A stretch of 64,000 nucleotides of DNA from Phoronis australis (GCA_002633005.1 NMRA01000081.1:881184-945183), one strand, 5' to 3'. Shown: positions 10,901 through 24,172, counted from the stretch's first letter. Notes: generated by a model from the letters alone, not told the origin. Numbers and translations: made by a program.

Positions 10901-13900
10901 ATAACTGATGTACACAATAAGTACTAATCGCTAACAGCATCTTAAAATGAAAATAGTGTCCCGGATTCGATATACAACCATCACAATCAGACCGGTATTA
11001 TTTTTAAGATAATTTGTATATTCAGTGAAGTTAAATTATAAGAAAACACACTTAATTAATAGCGTTACTGTCCAGGTAAATATCGTAACGATAACGATGC
11101 TGTAGATTTCTTTGGACTGCGGAGACATCCCTACAAGCCAATCCATTTACATGTATTAGAAATCCCACAAAAGCAAAAATGAAATAAAATCATTTCCTCG
11201 TGTTCCCTTTGTATTCTGTCCATTTGTGGCCATTCTTTAAAAGGTTCAACATCTCTTATCCCAACGCTTGTAAACGATTGTGGATTTACTCTAAAATTTG
11301 TTGAACTAGTAGAGTATGTAATTTGTTTAATTTTCAGTGTTGTTTTCGGTATGAGGCTTGTTTATCTCCATTTGTGAAGCTTCCATTAGTGATGATCCAC
11401 ACCGTGTCCTTTTGTTTCGCTCTCCCATTCGATTGCTCTAGAACTGTTGCCTTTTGACAAGTTACATCTTCAGAAGTTAGTTACTTTCTATGTGTATTTC
11501 CTTTATACTAATCAATTCTAGCTTTCTTCGTATTTAGTTGCTTTGCATCAAAATAATGGCTCATTTATATATTTACACTTGTGCAAAGATTGCCAAAAGT
11601 TGTTCCAATGTAACCTAATTATAACAATATTCAAGCTTTTGTTGGCTGAACATAAATATCGTATGATCGCGTGATCAGTTATGTTTCTTGTCAAGATACG
11701 TAATACAGTATTAATGGCAGTTCATACTCTCTCATATTACAGTTTTCCTGAACTATTTGGAAATGTCACGTTGTTTACAGAGGCATTTTTTCACTTTGTT
11801 TTAAGCTGTCAACGTTTAATCCTTAACCGAACCGCTTTGGGTTTTAAAACCATTACCCACGCTCATCTGATCTTGAATAGTTGCCCCACTAGCCAGCAAC
11901 TCAGGTTACAGGGTTTGAGTACATGGTCCATTCTAAAATTTGCCAAAATGATGTGACAGTTACAATGATAAACGTTTATGTTTGGAGCGAGATGCTAGCT
12001 ACGGTAATTCTTCGCTTATTTAGCGCACGGTATGGTGGACAAGTGAGATTCTGTTTTGTCAAATTTCCACACAAAAATAAAGACTAGGACAATTTTAGTC
12101 ATGGTTTGTACTGTGGAAATGTCATAAAACAAAATTTGGTGGCAATATTCCGTTATGTGCAGTAAAGTAATCGACCTCTAAATACTGGGAAAATGACAAT
12201 TTCAAAAATTATTTCTGAGCGAAATAAGTGGAGAATTACCGTATGTTATAACAATGCCAGTGGTTATACACCATTCACTTTCAGAGACCATGGTCAAAAT
12301 GTTTAAGTCTGGGAAATCTGCACATTAGAACGAAGCGTAAAAGTAATACTTGTTTTGTCAGTCATCGCTCATTATTCTGACTCATTACTCCGAGTACTCA
12401 TGACTCACTTCGAGTCAGACATCACTCACCACTCCGAGTAAGTCATAATTTTCTTTGAGTCTCATCACTCAGTTTGAGCCAGTCATCATTCGTTCAAGTT
12501 CACATTTCGAGTGAGTCATCAATCACCAATCATTTAGAGTCAGTCATCGCTTATAGTGAGTCAGTCATCGCTTATAGTGAGTCAGTCATCGCTTATAGTG
12601 AGTCATTCATCACTCACTTCAAATCAGTCATTACTCATTATTTCGAGTCAGCCACGACTCACTTCGACTCAGTCATGACTCACTTCGAGTCAGTCATGTC
12701 TCGTCACTCAATTCTCTTAACATACCCGTGTTGTTCGCGATATTTATTGTATATACTAAAAGTTTCCTGTTTTTTGCATTATATGAGATCCAAGGTCAAT
12801 CCTTTGGGTAGTCATCAAATTCCAAATTACATTACCGTGTACTATCATTGTTTAGTGTGCATAAACGAACGCAACTTAAACGATTGAACATTTTCTTTAG
12901 TTAGAANCAGGAGTGGCGTAACAATGGCATCAGTCGACATCAGTTTCAATTTCGCCTACCCTCAGTCCTTCACAATTTCTCATTTTCCACCTCAGGCACA
13001 CAAGTTTTGCCTCCCCCATTCATAGTCTGTATAGCCATTCAAAGCCCGTTTTCGTTTTTCGTGGTCGTTTCAATAGTTTTACGGGGGGCGAGCCTCTTCC
13101 TCCGTGAGGAATACGATATCAGGTGACCATAATAAAGCATACGTGCAAATTTAAAAAAAAACTTCGTTATAAAATGGACGTTGTCTTGTAGTTACAACTC
13201 AAAGTGAGGAGGTCTTTACCTATGAAGAAGATCGCCTAATTAAGGATTTGTTCCGCAACTACCAGAAGGCATCACGGGCGCGTCTCAAGGACAACAAACC
13301 AATTACAGTATCTATAGGATTTACTTTAATTCAGATGAATAATCTGGTGAGTCATACAACTTTCTCCTTTTAAATATTTGTTCGTGCTTTAAACTGCCTA
13401 CTTCAAAATTATGACTGCAATAAAAAATATATTGTGATAGCAATTTAATTTTCTACTACTGAGGATTATGAGAGCTTACCAAAAACGACAAAACAACATT
13501 TTTTGTTTTCTTAGACATCAGTTTCCTGGATACAGGACAATGCTCAGGGTTAACTAAACATGTTTGCCATTACTCACCAGTCTATAAGATATTATCGATG
13601 TGCGTTCCGTAGATCAGGTGAGTAAAAGGCGAATGTTTCGCGAAACCTACAAAATGGCGACCACTGAGGTAGTTGGTCGGTGCGGTTGAAATATTGAATT
13701 GTGGGATAGATTTCACCCCTTTAGACCCAAATTTCTCGCACAAGTGCGTGACTTTTATCTTTGGTCTACGGAACGCAGCCACCCATCATTGGGGTGGGAA
13801 ACTAAACCACTACTAACTATGTGCCTACCGAAAAGGCAAATCAAAACGATCATATGCTGTTTCATGACGGGTATGAACAGCTAATGGTGGTTGACGGTGT

Positions 13901-16900
13901 GTTAGCCTATATCGTGCGAATCTCGCCTGTGCAGGTTCTCAAGGAAATGTCCCACGTTCATTTGATGTACCCAGAGATGTACTCACTAAACTCATATTAT
14001 TCATTATTGAGTGGTTAAAGTTTCAGGTGGATTGAACAAGTGTCTTAGAAAGTCATGAAGCATGCTGACACAATGTTAGCCAAGAACTCGGTCATGGAGA
14101 AGATTAATTTTCCTAGAGTCATGAAAATTATTGATAGAATTATCTTTAGGCTGATAACTTCAATCGGTGTACTGAAATGTATATTGATATCCGAGTTTGG
14201 TACACTAGTCAGGTGACTCACTAAATGCCAACTTGACTCTAAAAACGCAGTGCTGTTATGGAAATGCACAGCAGGCGTTGTATATGGAAATAGGGCTGTT
14301 ATCCTATGACAGAGGAAAATTCAATAAATTGTGAGGCGCATCTGTGGTTTCGATCGCGAATGACCAGACTATGCCAACGGGTATTGCCTGTGTATGTGAC
14401 TATACTTGTAGTCGGCAAGACTTATGCAAACAGTCTTTAAGCACTTCCATGCTTCTAATTGGTTTATCACTTCATTTTTGTCTGTGCGTAAGAAAACAAC
14501 AAACTCAGAGTTTGGTCGACATGTTTAGTTCTCTCAGGTCTCTCCTCAAAACGTACCCTCCACCGATCACGGGTATTCGGATTACACCGTGAACGTCAAC
14601 AAGATACTGTACAAATCTCTCTTAACTTGGGGCATTAAAAGAGTATTTTCTGTCAAAGAAAAGTTTTGATTTAGACAACACACAGTTATGAAATTAGTCA
14701 ATTTAGAAGTGATTCTAGGGGTTCGAAAAAACTGAGAAAAATGAGTGGAAACTAAACGGAATTTCAGTTCATCCAGAGCCCAGAGATCACTTTTAAAGTG
14801 AGTAAGGAGGAACACAAGACCTATTTCAAAGTGACAAGTGGACTAAATCACATTATTTTTGATAGAAAAAAGTGTTTTGAAGCCGCTTTAAAAGATATTG
14901 TAAGACGTGTCCTCGGTTATACACATGCAGGTCTTTGTATTCGAACGTTGCTTGAATTCTTAAATCGGCCAAACTGTTCGCCTTTTCTGATTCTTTTCCA
15001 GAAACTTAAACAGGGAATGAATCGACTGTTTATTAAATTTTAGTTCAGACTTAACACTTACTGATATGACGACAAGGAAATTGCTTGACGTTACAGGATG
15101 AAAAACGGCAGGTGTTGACAACTTCTGGATGGATGGAGGTGGTAAGTATATGTTAGTCCTGCATTGTTAACTGCCCGGAAGAAAGGAAGCTATGGGTTGT
15201 CAAGGAGAATAGATGGACACCTAAATTTTTTTCATTATGTGCTTTTTTGAAATATAGTATCGTTGTGCATTCATTATGCGGACTTCTTGAAAACAAGTGT
15301 GTAAAATAACAGTTGTATTGAGATGAAGTCAGCCTCCTGACGGGACTAATGGTATAGCGTGTATGGATTTATTGTTACTAGTCCACCATGCGATCCAGTG
15401 TCCGCTGCAAACTACGTGACTTGAACCACCTTAACGTTATTGTTAGTGAACCGTTATATGCGCCTATTTAGTCGAGTCCCATGAGCCTGCATCCGAAATA
15501 ACACGTTTACCTCATGAAGGTGTAGGTATGTACTAACTACAGGCGCAGGGTATCATCCCTTACATACGCACAGTGTGACAGGGGTGCATCCCTGGTACTT
15601 TTCATTTAAGTAATTAATAATTGATAAATTAATTTATTTGAAGTCGTGTCAGCATCTAGCGCTTTGTATAATACGTGGTATTTCACTCAAATGAAATTTT
15701 ATCATACGAGCACGCACATGCAGCTAACTACGAACATGATCTGAGTCGAGTCATGCAGTGTGCGGCGGATCTTATATAGTTAACAACATATTTTGTTTTA
15801 ACAGCAAACGAGATGGTTACTCACGAAATGCCTCGTCCTTTACTTCATTGTCTCGCGTCACCTTTGCCTAATTCACATTACTTCACGGGAATACTAGCTT
15901 TACTTATTTGGCAAAATATGACTTGCTAACTTTTGAAAAGTGCTGAGACGTGTGTTAAAACTCTGAACATTAATTACACCTAACAGTTCAGGTTGTTGAT
16001 TTTTAACTTTTCCGTAAGAGGGAGTTGACCTCGAACACTTACTTAACGTTATTGCATTGAAATTGGTCAAAGCTGATCCAGTCACAAGTTGGTCCAGTCA
16101 CGAGCTGATCCAGGCTCAAGTTGATCCAGTCACGAGTTGACCCAGTCACAAGTTGATCCAGTCACATGTTGATCCAGCCACAAGTTGATCCAGTCACAAG
16201 TTGACCCAGTCACAAGTTATTTAGGACACAAGTTAATTCCAGTGTGTAAAAACAACTTGTTCTGGATTATCACACCGAAATCGCCTGGAACAGCTAATGC
16301 CACCTTTCAGTGTAATGCAAACAAACGAAGTTTTGCCTTCGTCAATCTATTTTGCCTATCTTATTTTCTATTTTTTCTGCGTCAGTACAGTCTCAGCACT
16401 TCAAAATTAAAAAGTTCCCACGGTATTTTGTTTAGATACGACCTCTTCGCAGGCCTTACACGTATTACGACTTCTATTATCAGTCAGTGGCCGAGAAAAG
16501 GTGTCAGACGAAGATGATGGGAGTAGACATCACTTCACAGAAACTGATACGGGTTTCCATGTAGGCCTAACAATGAAATGGTCTCTTTACTACCCCCTTT
16601 CTTAAACATGGAAATGATCCCTTAACTGCCTCCTCCCTTTTCTTAACATGGATGAGGGTTTCAACTTAGTTTAACGAGGAACTAAATTCGCTGTTTCGTA
16701 TTTATTTATATAAAATTCTCAATATTTCTTTCTCCGTGTAATCCTAATATTTCCAAAAAGGGCAACGGTGACAATTTTGATAACTCTCGCCAAACGTTAT
16801 TGAATAGAAAAAAATCAACTGACACACCTTTGCCAAAGATATAAAGATATCTTGTTTGGGTACTTGGAAATAATTTCCAAGGTACCCTGGTCTTCATCAG

Positions 16901-19900
16901 CGTCGGTAGCTCGTTACAGTCCAAAACTTCAGGTGGGGGTGTACGTACATCTTTTTGCCCAAGTGCAATTCTCAACCGAAAACAAAACAGTTAAAAACTT
17001 CGAAATTTATAACATAATATCTAAATCCACCTCCTCCTGCAGGCTGGTAAAACGCAATCAAAATCTGCTTGCGGCTCGAAATTAACTTTATAAAAGATCT
17101 TTCGTAACGAGCTCCCTCATAATTTGATATAAATTTCTATAATTCCCTTGTATCTTATGAATTTTCCATGCCAAATCCCTTTATTTAGGCCTGGGCGGAT
17201 GACAGGTTATCGTGGAGTCCGGAGCAGTACGGAGGAGTTGGTTGGATAATTTTGCCTGCTTCTCACGTTTGGCTGCCTGACATTGCTTTGTCAAACAGGT
17301 GCTTCATTTAGCCTACGATCAGTGATAATGTTTGTGTGCTTTGAAGGACGATTTCATAGAGATCTCACAGGCCATTCCCACCGCTGATGTACAATGCAAC
17401 ATCTTGGCTACTGAACAGCGATTGGATGATTTCAAGAACAAAATGTCTAACATTAGTTTTAGGTGCATGCCTCGAGGTGCAAATTTGACCTGGCATTTTA
17501 GCGACCACTACGCAACGTCATCATTGCCCCTGTGAACCCTCTCCACTGAAATCGTCCACTACGCACATCAGTATATTTGGTGAATACAGTTACTTTTTAG
17601 ATCTCATATGTACAGCAAATCAAATTCTTAAAGCCGATTTTTCATTCAGACCACTTATCGCTATGAAATAGGTCTCAAATTGTTCCTTAGTCAAAGTAGG
17701 TGCGATTTCAGAGCCTGGAAACAACTGACAGTTCGTTTTTGCATGAGACCAGGCTCTACCATTTGACTTGTCACGGCGTGTCATTTCATTCAGTTCACGT
17801 GCTTGGTCTCGTGAAATTACGAACTGCGCGATCAAAAATCAATCCTCATCTGAATAAGGAACAGATTAAGACCAGTCAGCTTTACAACGGTACGTGGATT
17901 TATTGCCGCTTAAACTTAACTACTTGTACGGGTACTCGACAGTTGTACAGCCAAACTTCCGGCGAATCACGCACCAGAACCACTGGATGGTCCGCTCAAA
18001 CCATTGAATCATGCAGACGAACCACGACATCATACTTAAGAATTTGTAAACGAACCGGCAACTGTATTCCCTTCATTTGCTTCGTACGAATGATTGAATG
18101 GTCTTGCGTATGATTTTCTTTGAATTATTGATTTTCTGGCTCGCAGGCATGACTTTTTGGTTTTACGTATGATGTTGTGGTTCGTTCTTGTCTTTACACA
18201 TACATGATGTTGTGGTTCGTACGGTATGGTTCAATGGTTCTAGCGTATGATTGAGTTATCCTGACGTATGATTTGAAATTCGTGCCTGCGGTTGTTTGGT
18301 TCCCTTCAGTCAGCGCACCAATCGGCTTCGTTCGAGATCTCGTAACTTTTCATGTGACACAGCCGTACATAAGGGATCAAAAGTGACTTCTTGTTTCGTG
18401 TCAATTACAGTTTCATTTTCAGCTCTAGACAAGTGACACCTACAAACAGTTTTTAAAATCTTGCTGTACATTTTTTCGTTTGTTTATCTGGTATGGGTTT
18501 CTAGGCGTGGTTTGATGAGCGGTTGCAATGGAAACCAGACATGTACGGGGGCGTGGCCAATATCGTTGTATCACCTGCTTTAGTCTGGCTGCCAGATATA
18601 GGTCTACAAAACAGGTAGCTCGGTAGACAAGCAAGAATGGGAGATATGTAGTCACCTTTTGTAGTGGCCAGTAGATTCGCTTCCCACTTTTAAGCCTCGT
18701 GCTACATTTAGTCAGATTTCAGCCATTTTGCATGTTTCTAAAGCAACCGTGTCTGCAAGCATGATAGAAAATATACATTTCAAGCATGATGGAACGAATG
18801 ATAAACATTATTGAATTAAGCAGAAGAAAGGCAGACCGGTAGCCCTACCTTTGGTGCACGTTTTTTAAAAGTAGAAATGGCTGAAAGTTCGAGCGAGCTT
18901 GACCTCCAATCTTCGTAGTCTCTATGATAAAAGTACTGGTATGAATGTTGTAGTTTTAGATTTTAGCAGTAGACACCAGACTGTCTGTGCTTACATGGTC
19001 GTTTTCTGTTATTATTCAGTTATTGTAGCGCACATCGCTTATTAATCACGCCACTGCTTAATAACGAGCACGGGCATTGTCTTGCTGGTATATTTGGTGG
19101 TCACAACTCAGTACACAACCCCTAACATGCATATTTTCACGCGAGGTATCTGTGTAAACTCCCTTACATGACGAGAACTTTGAAGACAAAGTGCAACATT
19201 GATTAGCACCCTTTTTAACAGGCACTGCACGTAAACTGTTTTCATCTTGCGAGCTTGTACTGCGCCTAATATGACCCGGAAATACTGCAAAAATATATCG
19301 ATCCGTATACAATAATTTTTAGAAACTGCCAGGAAACTGTGTCACTGAAAAGTATGAAATTCTGGCATCGCAGCTGTCATGTGTGCTATTGACCCCGGGA
19401 CTGAACTAAGGGCGTATGCGTATAGGTACACCGAGTTTTAAATACGTCTTCGCGTACAACTAGCTTATTGTCCCAACTATTGCTTGCAGAGGTAGCTGGC
19501 TTGACCGGAGGTAAGACAATCCTGCCTGGTGTTTCCTAATGTTTAATTGTCGTGGCCTCCTCCTCCAAGCCATCAAAAACCTTATTAACCTTCTAATTTT
19601 CAGGTTCTATAGAATAATAACTAACTGAGATACAACTTAGCGTTTTGTGCTCGAGATAGTTTAACACTAGCCATAGTCCAATAGTATGAGCAGACAATGT
19701 TAGACCTACTGCTAATTGAACATTTTTAGAATTTTTAACCGAATTTAAATTGATAGATTCTAACATGCAAATGTTTAAAATGCCTAAAATCTAACGAACG
19801 CTTAGAATGGAAATTTAGTTGACAAACAAATATAGAAGTGTATCGTCTGATGGCATGATGTCACCAATGAATGCAGGTACTCTGAGCAAGCCAACGTAAC

Positions 19901-22900
19901 AAGTGATTGTCAAATGACGTTTTCGAATAATAGAGAAACGTCTCACCGAAATATTAAATTCATTACACGAGAAAAGAAACGATGTCAAATTATCATTCCT
20001 GTATATTCATGGACACCTTTTTATTAGAATTTAGGTTTGATAGCAATATTGGCCGTTCAAATCCTGACATCATTCACACGTCACGGTAACGACGTCATGC
20101 CGACAACTAAAACTTGCTTGTCGACACGACGTCTTGGTTTTCGCTTTAGTCTCGTCTCTTGAGTCTTAAAAGCTGCTATATACCATGTTGCTGACGAAGA
20201 AAATAAATTTTGATTTACTCCACTTACCGGCTCAAAACTGGTCTCATCTTGCTCCATTCTCAGACGAGAAATGGTTCACGGCCTGAAAAGATCTGAGAGT
20301 TCCTTATGCTTGAGACAATGCTCGTTGTACAAAAAGATCCTCGGTGTGTATCAAGCCAGTTCTTTCCAAGCCCAGGAGCCACTTATAATTTGGCAAGTTG
20401 AGACCAATTTCATAGCTGCAAGGGGTATAAATCAAAAAGTTATTGTTTTGTCTGAAGGCGATTTTCCAGCTTTGAGTTTAATATCTCGGTAATGTATATT
20501 TTTTGACGTCACGCGAGACAAGATGAAAATTTTGTCATTCGTTGCACACATTTTGATTTGATTTGAAGGAATAGCTATATTAGTAAAATAAACAAGTTTG
20601 AACGTGCAAATGTCAGTTTGATAGTACAGCTTTAATTCTCACAAACAGTTTAAATTACTTGTAATATTGCCACCAGTACCATTATTAAATTACTTTAAAG
20701 CATTATGTACAAACTATGCGAAGGTTTTAGCACATGCTATGATGGTTCATTTTGGTCATACACGCACGCTTGTGTATTTATAGTACTTGAATTCCTTAAA
20801 CATTTATCGAAAATAGTTAAACATTGCACATGCTATTGATATACCTGTGATAATTGAGATCCCAGGAAAGGATAAATTAATCAATGCATCGCATATATTC
20901 GTAGCGCTCAAGAAATCTACCACCCATCGTTAGTAGATCACAAGTTCCGGATTACAGTGAATCATGATGGCACCATTCTGTGGATTCCCGGAGGAAAGTT
21001 TCACACAAACTGCGAGTTGGATATCACCTACTTCCCGTTCGACGATCAAATATGTCGCATTCACTTCACCAACTGGGCTTACACAGGTGAGACACAAGAA
21101 ACACGTCATCGTTGTCACCCTGTTGCACATGCTCAAGCGTAAGATCGGATAAAGCTGCATTTCGCCTTCTCTAGCTGGCTAAAGAACAAAACTCGAATCA
21201 GACCTCTTATTCTTGTAAAATCGATCTCATAATATTCCTTGCTGTGGCTGAGGATTCTATTTCCGTTACCAACTCAAGTCCCCGGCAATGTGTACATGCG
21301 CCATTTTCGGATTCGCAGTTTAAGGTTGGTTTTCTTTATTTGCTGACGGTCTCGGTGTTCTTATTGGTAACGTAAGCAAAATCTTACCACAGTAAGGAAT
21401 ATTTTGAGATTGACTTTGCGAGAGCCAAAGGACTAGTTAGATATTCTCCTCTGGAACTAGTTACTTTCAGGGCGTTTTAACGCAATAATCTTTCATTCAT
21501 TTTCAGCATTCTATAACTTTCACAAAGTTGATGCAAATCCACGAAGATACACTCTTTGCAGCCAGAGCTTTATAAGATATGAAGAGGAAGCGAGTTGAAA
21601 AATCTTTATATGCAAACAAATTGTATTACGGATTTTTATGCACTGGACTCTTAGAGTATGATGTGCAACATGAAAAGTGCTATTCAACTCTGTGGTACCC
21701 AAAAGTAATTAAGTCGGTCAACGGAAACTCGGTCCACCTCAGAGCGAGAGAGATCAAGTAACATAACTCTGATGCCTCAGACAAACATGTTTCATAGGAA
21801 ATTGATCGAACCTTTGCACAGTACAGGTCCAAATTGTCACACCGTCCAAAATTGTTACAAGTTCGAAATTGTGACAATTTGAGTCAGTTCAATTGTCACA
21901 GTTTGCCCAAATTGTCACAATTTGCCCAAATTGTCACAACAGTTTTTTCTTGTGTCACTTTCGGCCTGTGTACTACAGTACAAATACATGCTCGATACAC
22001 CCTCTCACTTCGTACTTTATCAAGGTGCCGAAATGAACCTCACCTTCTCCAACGCCGAAATCGAGATGTCGAACTACCAAAAGAACGGCGAGTGGGAGAT
22101 CGTGGGAACCAAGTCGACACGCGAGGACAAGCTGTACGTGTGCTGCGGCAACACTCCATTCCCTTCCGTCTACTTCCACATCTACATGCAGCGCAAGTTC
22201 CTCTACTATATCATCAACATCATCGCGCCTTGCATAATGCTCTCCTTCCTCGTGACCTTCGTCTTTCTTCTCCCACCAGACGCCGGCGAGAAGATTTCGC
22301 TCGGCATCACGGTCCTTCTCTCATTTTCCGTCTTCCTTCTTCTCATCGCCGATAGTCTTCCAAAAAACTCTGACTACGTTCCTGTGATAAGTGAGTAGTG
22401 CAAGCTGTCACGTGATGTGTTGTCAATTGTCAAGTATTTTTGAGTAGTGTAAAGTTTGACTTTCTCAGTTGTTAATTATGCATTCAAGTATTTCATTTTG
22501 CTTATACGGAGGACAGAAACTTCAACATTTTTAAGCATTGCTCTGGATGGCAAAGTTTAAGGGTATAAAAAGCTTCAGTTGGTGTCAGTTACACAGCACC
22601 GAGAAGAAAAGCATATGTTTTAACATCAAGGAGTTTGAGAAACGTTAATAAGGTGTCACTTTCTGGTGCTATCCTGGTTGTACACGTTTTTTCTCATGGA
22701 TTAACATTTTGTTTGTCATATTTTTGTTTTCATGTTTCTTATTTACTGCTATCATTCATAAAATTTGAGCATAATAAAATAAGTCAACTAACCAATTTGG
22801 AAACTTTTCCGAATGTTCATGTACGCTTCCTTGTGGGCTTTCCCAGAAATAGTCAATGTCAGTGAATGTCAGAGACAATGGCACAATGTTTTCCAGCACA

Positions 22901-24172
22901 TTTTGGTTAACCATAATATAAACTTTTAAAATGGTTATAAACTCGATCAAAGTCAGTCACGAAACTAACCTTTCATTCAGGCTACTTACCAGTATGAGGG
23001 GCGGATTCAGGATTTTGAATTAGGGAGGCCAGGGCAGAGAATTAGCCAGGATTTTGCCCATCAGACGTTAGCACACCCGAGCTGCCAAATAGAATCTGGG
23101 AAAGTTTTAGGGGGGGGGGGGAACTAACGTGAAAAGTGGTTTGTGTGCTTGGAAAAACTAATAGAACTTTGTGGAATGACTTGAAACTCGAGACCATGAT
23201 CGGCTCATAAAACGACACGCCGTGACAAGCTAACTTGTAGAGCCTCGGTCTCAAGCAGTAACGAGTACACAGTTCTTTCCAAGCCCTGAAATCTGACCTA
23301 ATTAGACTGAGGAATTTTTTTAGATCAGCGTTATAACAAGTGGTTTAAATCGAAAGTAGGGGATTCTTGTGAAGGACCGTGGGTTCATCGCCGCTTTAGG
23401 TAACGGTGCAAATTGTAATAGAAACTCAACTATACATATTGGTCCTCATACCCTATCTATGTCACAGATTCCGTTCATAGGGTTCCTGTTTCCGAATTTT
23501 ACTTTAAAAAGGCCCGGGCTTATATTTGGGATACAAAAAGGTAAAAAATGCAATGTTGGGGCTTAGTGTAAGAAATTGCCCCTGTCTTTTGTCAGAATTA
23601 ACAACTCGAAGTTCTAGATCTCTAAACCTCTTCACACTATTCTAGGTACATATCTGACGGTGTTCATGGCGATGACGACCATGTCCATATTCTTTACGGT
23701 CTTCGTTCTTCATCTTCACCACAGCGGCTCGGACAACCCCGTGCCTTCCTGGCTTCGTAAATTCGTCTTCGACTGTATGGCGCGCCTGCTATGTATGGAT
23801 TCTATCGTGAACAAGTACGGGTCATGCCAATGTGGTCGTAACAGGTTGCGAGCTGAGATGAGTGAAATGAGTGAGACATTTATTAAGTTTCCTCTCATTA
23901 ACCGACCACTGAAGAAGAGTTTCACCAGCGAAGGGATGAATGACTCTCGAAGTAATCCGGCAATTGTTGAAATGTTGGACCATCTTCAGGCGATCACCAA
24001 AGAGAGGAGAGACGTAGAGAGCGCGGAAGCCACACGAGAAGAATGGCAGGCAGTGGCTAAAGTGGTGGACAGGTTTTTGTTGTGCGTCTTTCTTATGGCT
24101 ATTCCAATGTCTTCGGTCATCGTTCTCGGAATTATTCCCATGTCTAAGCCACCCCTTCCCTATCCGGGATGA
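7960..24172 (+). CDS. Nicotinic acetylcholine receptor alpha-like subunit (Cys-loop pentameric ligand-gated cation channel), complete
   Basis: Exons: 7960-8032 (signal peptide MRAMWWFLSLVIFL..), candidate 9601-9762, 13192-13346 (EDRLIKDLFRNY), 15097-15141 (DEKRQVLTTSGW), 17189-17298 (W.D.RL.W..WLPDI), 20905-21086 (Cys-loop CELDITYFPFDDQIC, loop B NWAY), 22025-22390 (loop C YVCC, M1, PPDAGEK, M2), 23646-24172 (M3, intracellular loop, EW..VA.V.DR, M4, TGA). All junctions are GT-AG. Total 1458 nt (485 aa) without the candidate exon, or 1620 nt (539 aa) with it. Vicinal CC marks an alpha-type subunit; the GEK motif marks cation selectivity. Confidence 0.93.
9601..9762 (+). CDS. Candidate extra symmetric (phase 1-1) exon of the nAChR-like gene, 54 codons
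   Basis: Strong acceptor ttctctttcacgttttgttacag| and donor ACG|gtatgt. The 162 nt are stop-free in exactly the frame linking the signal-peptide exon to the 13192 exon: EELISPYAVEDSIEKCFEKRLRKYCEGLSIENFPRDDTPRALELQPETTTAITN. Confidence 0.7.
10390..10413. repeat. (CAG)8 microsatellite, intronic
   Basis: Read directly from the sequence. Confidence 0.95.
12360..12710. repeat. Degenerate 21-24-bp minisatellite (core gagtcagtcatcgcttatagt x3)
   Basis: Three perfect 21-mers at about 12537-12599, flanked by diverged gagtcagtcatgactcacttc-type units. Confidence 0.85.
16070..16240. repeat. 16-bp minisatellite (aagttgatccagtcac), about 10 copies
   Basis: Head-to-tail units with few substitutions and no spacers. 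Confidence 0.9.
17640..17815. repeat. Dispersed repeat copy, inverted relative to 23185-23360
   Basis: tgagaccaggctctac..cttgtcacggcgtgtc..tggtctcg is the reverse complement of cgagacca..gacacgccgtgacaag..gtagagcctcggtctca near 23190-23255. Confidence 0.7.
17990..18245. mobile_element. Imperfect fold-back (MITE-like) element
   Basis: aaccattgaatcatgcagacgaaccacgacatcatac pairs with atgatgttgtggttcgtacggtatggttcaatggtt. Confidence 0.5.
21822..21970. mobile_element. Small MITE-like element with internal aaattgtcaca repeats, about 55 bp upstream of the 22025 acceptor
   Basis: tacaggtccaaattgtcaca ... tgtgtcactttcggcctgtg are imperfect inverted termini. Several direct and inverted (a)attgtcaca copies lie inside. 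Confidence 0.5.
23185..23360. repeat. Dispersed repeat copy, inverted relative to 17640-17815
   Basis: See the 17640 copy. Shares cagttctttccaagccctgaaatc / gatttcagagcctggaaacaactg. Confidence 0.7.

Noticed and set aside
12474-12887. 137-aa ORF with ESVIAYS repeats
   Set aside because: It is the translation of a 21-bp minisatellite, starts at TTG, and has no splice sites that fit the nAChR frame.
16070-16240. CRISPR-like array
   Set aside because: Units are contiguous with no unique spacers, the context is a eukaryotic intron, and there are no cas genes. The same applies to the 12.4 kb and 45-47 kb arrays.
21507-21598. Alternative terminal exon giving a secreted AChBP-like product
   Set aside because: An acceptor-like tttcag and 30 open codons are present, but the product would lack loop C and the peptide has no family resemblance.
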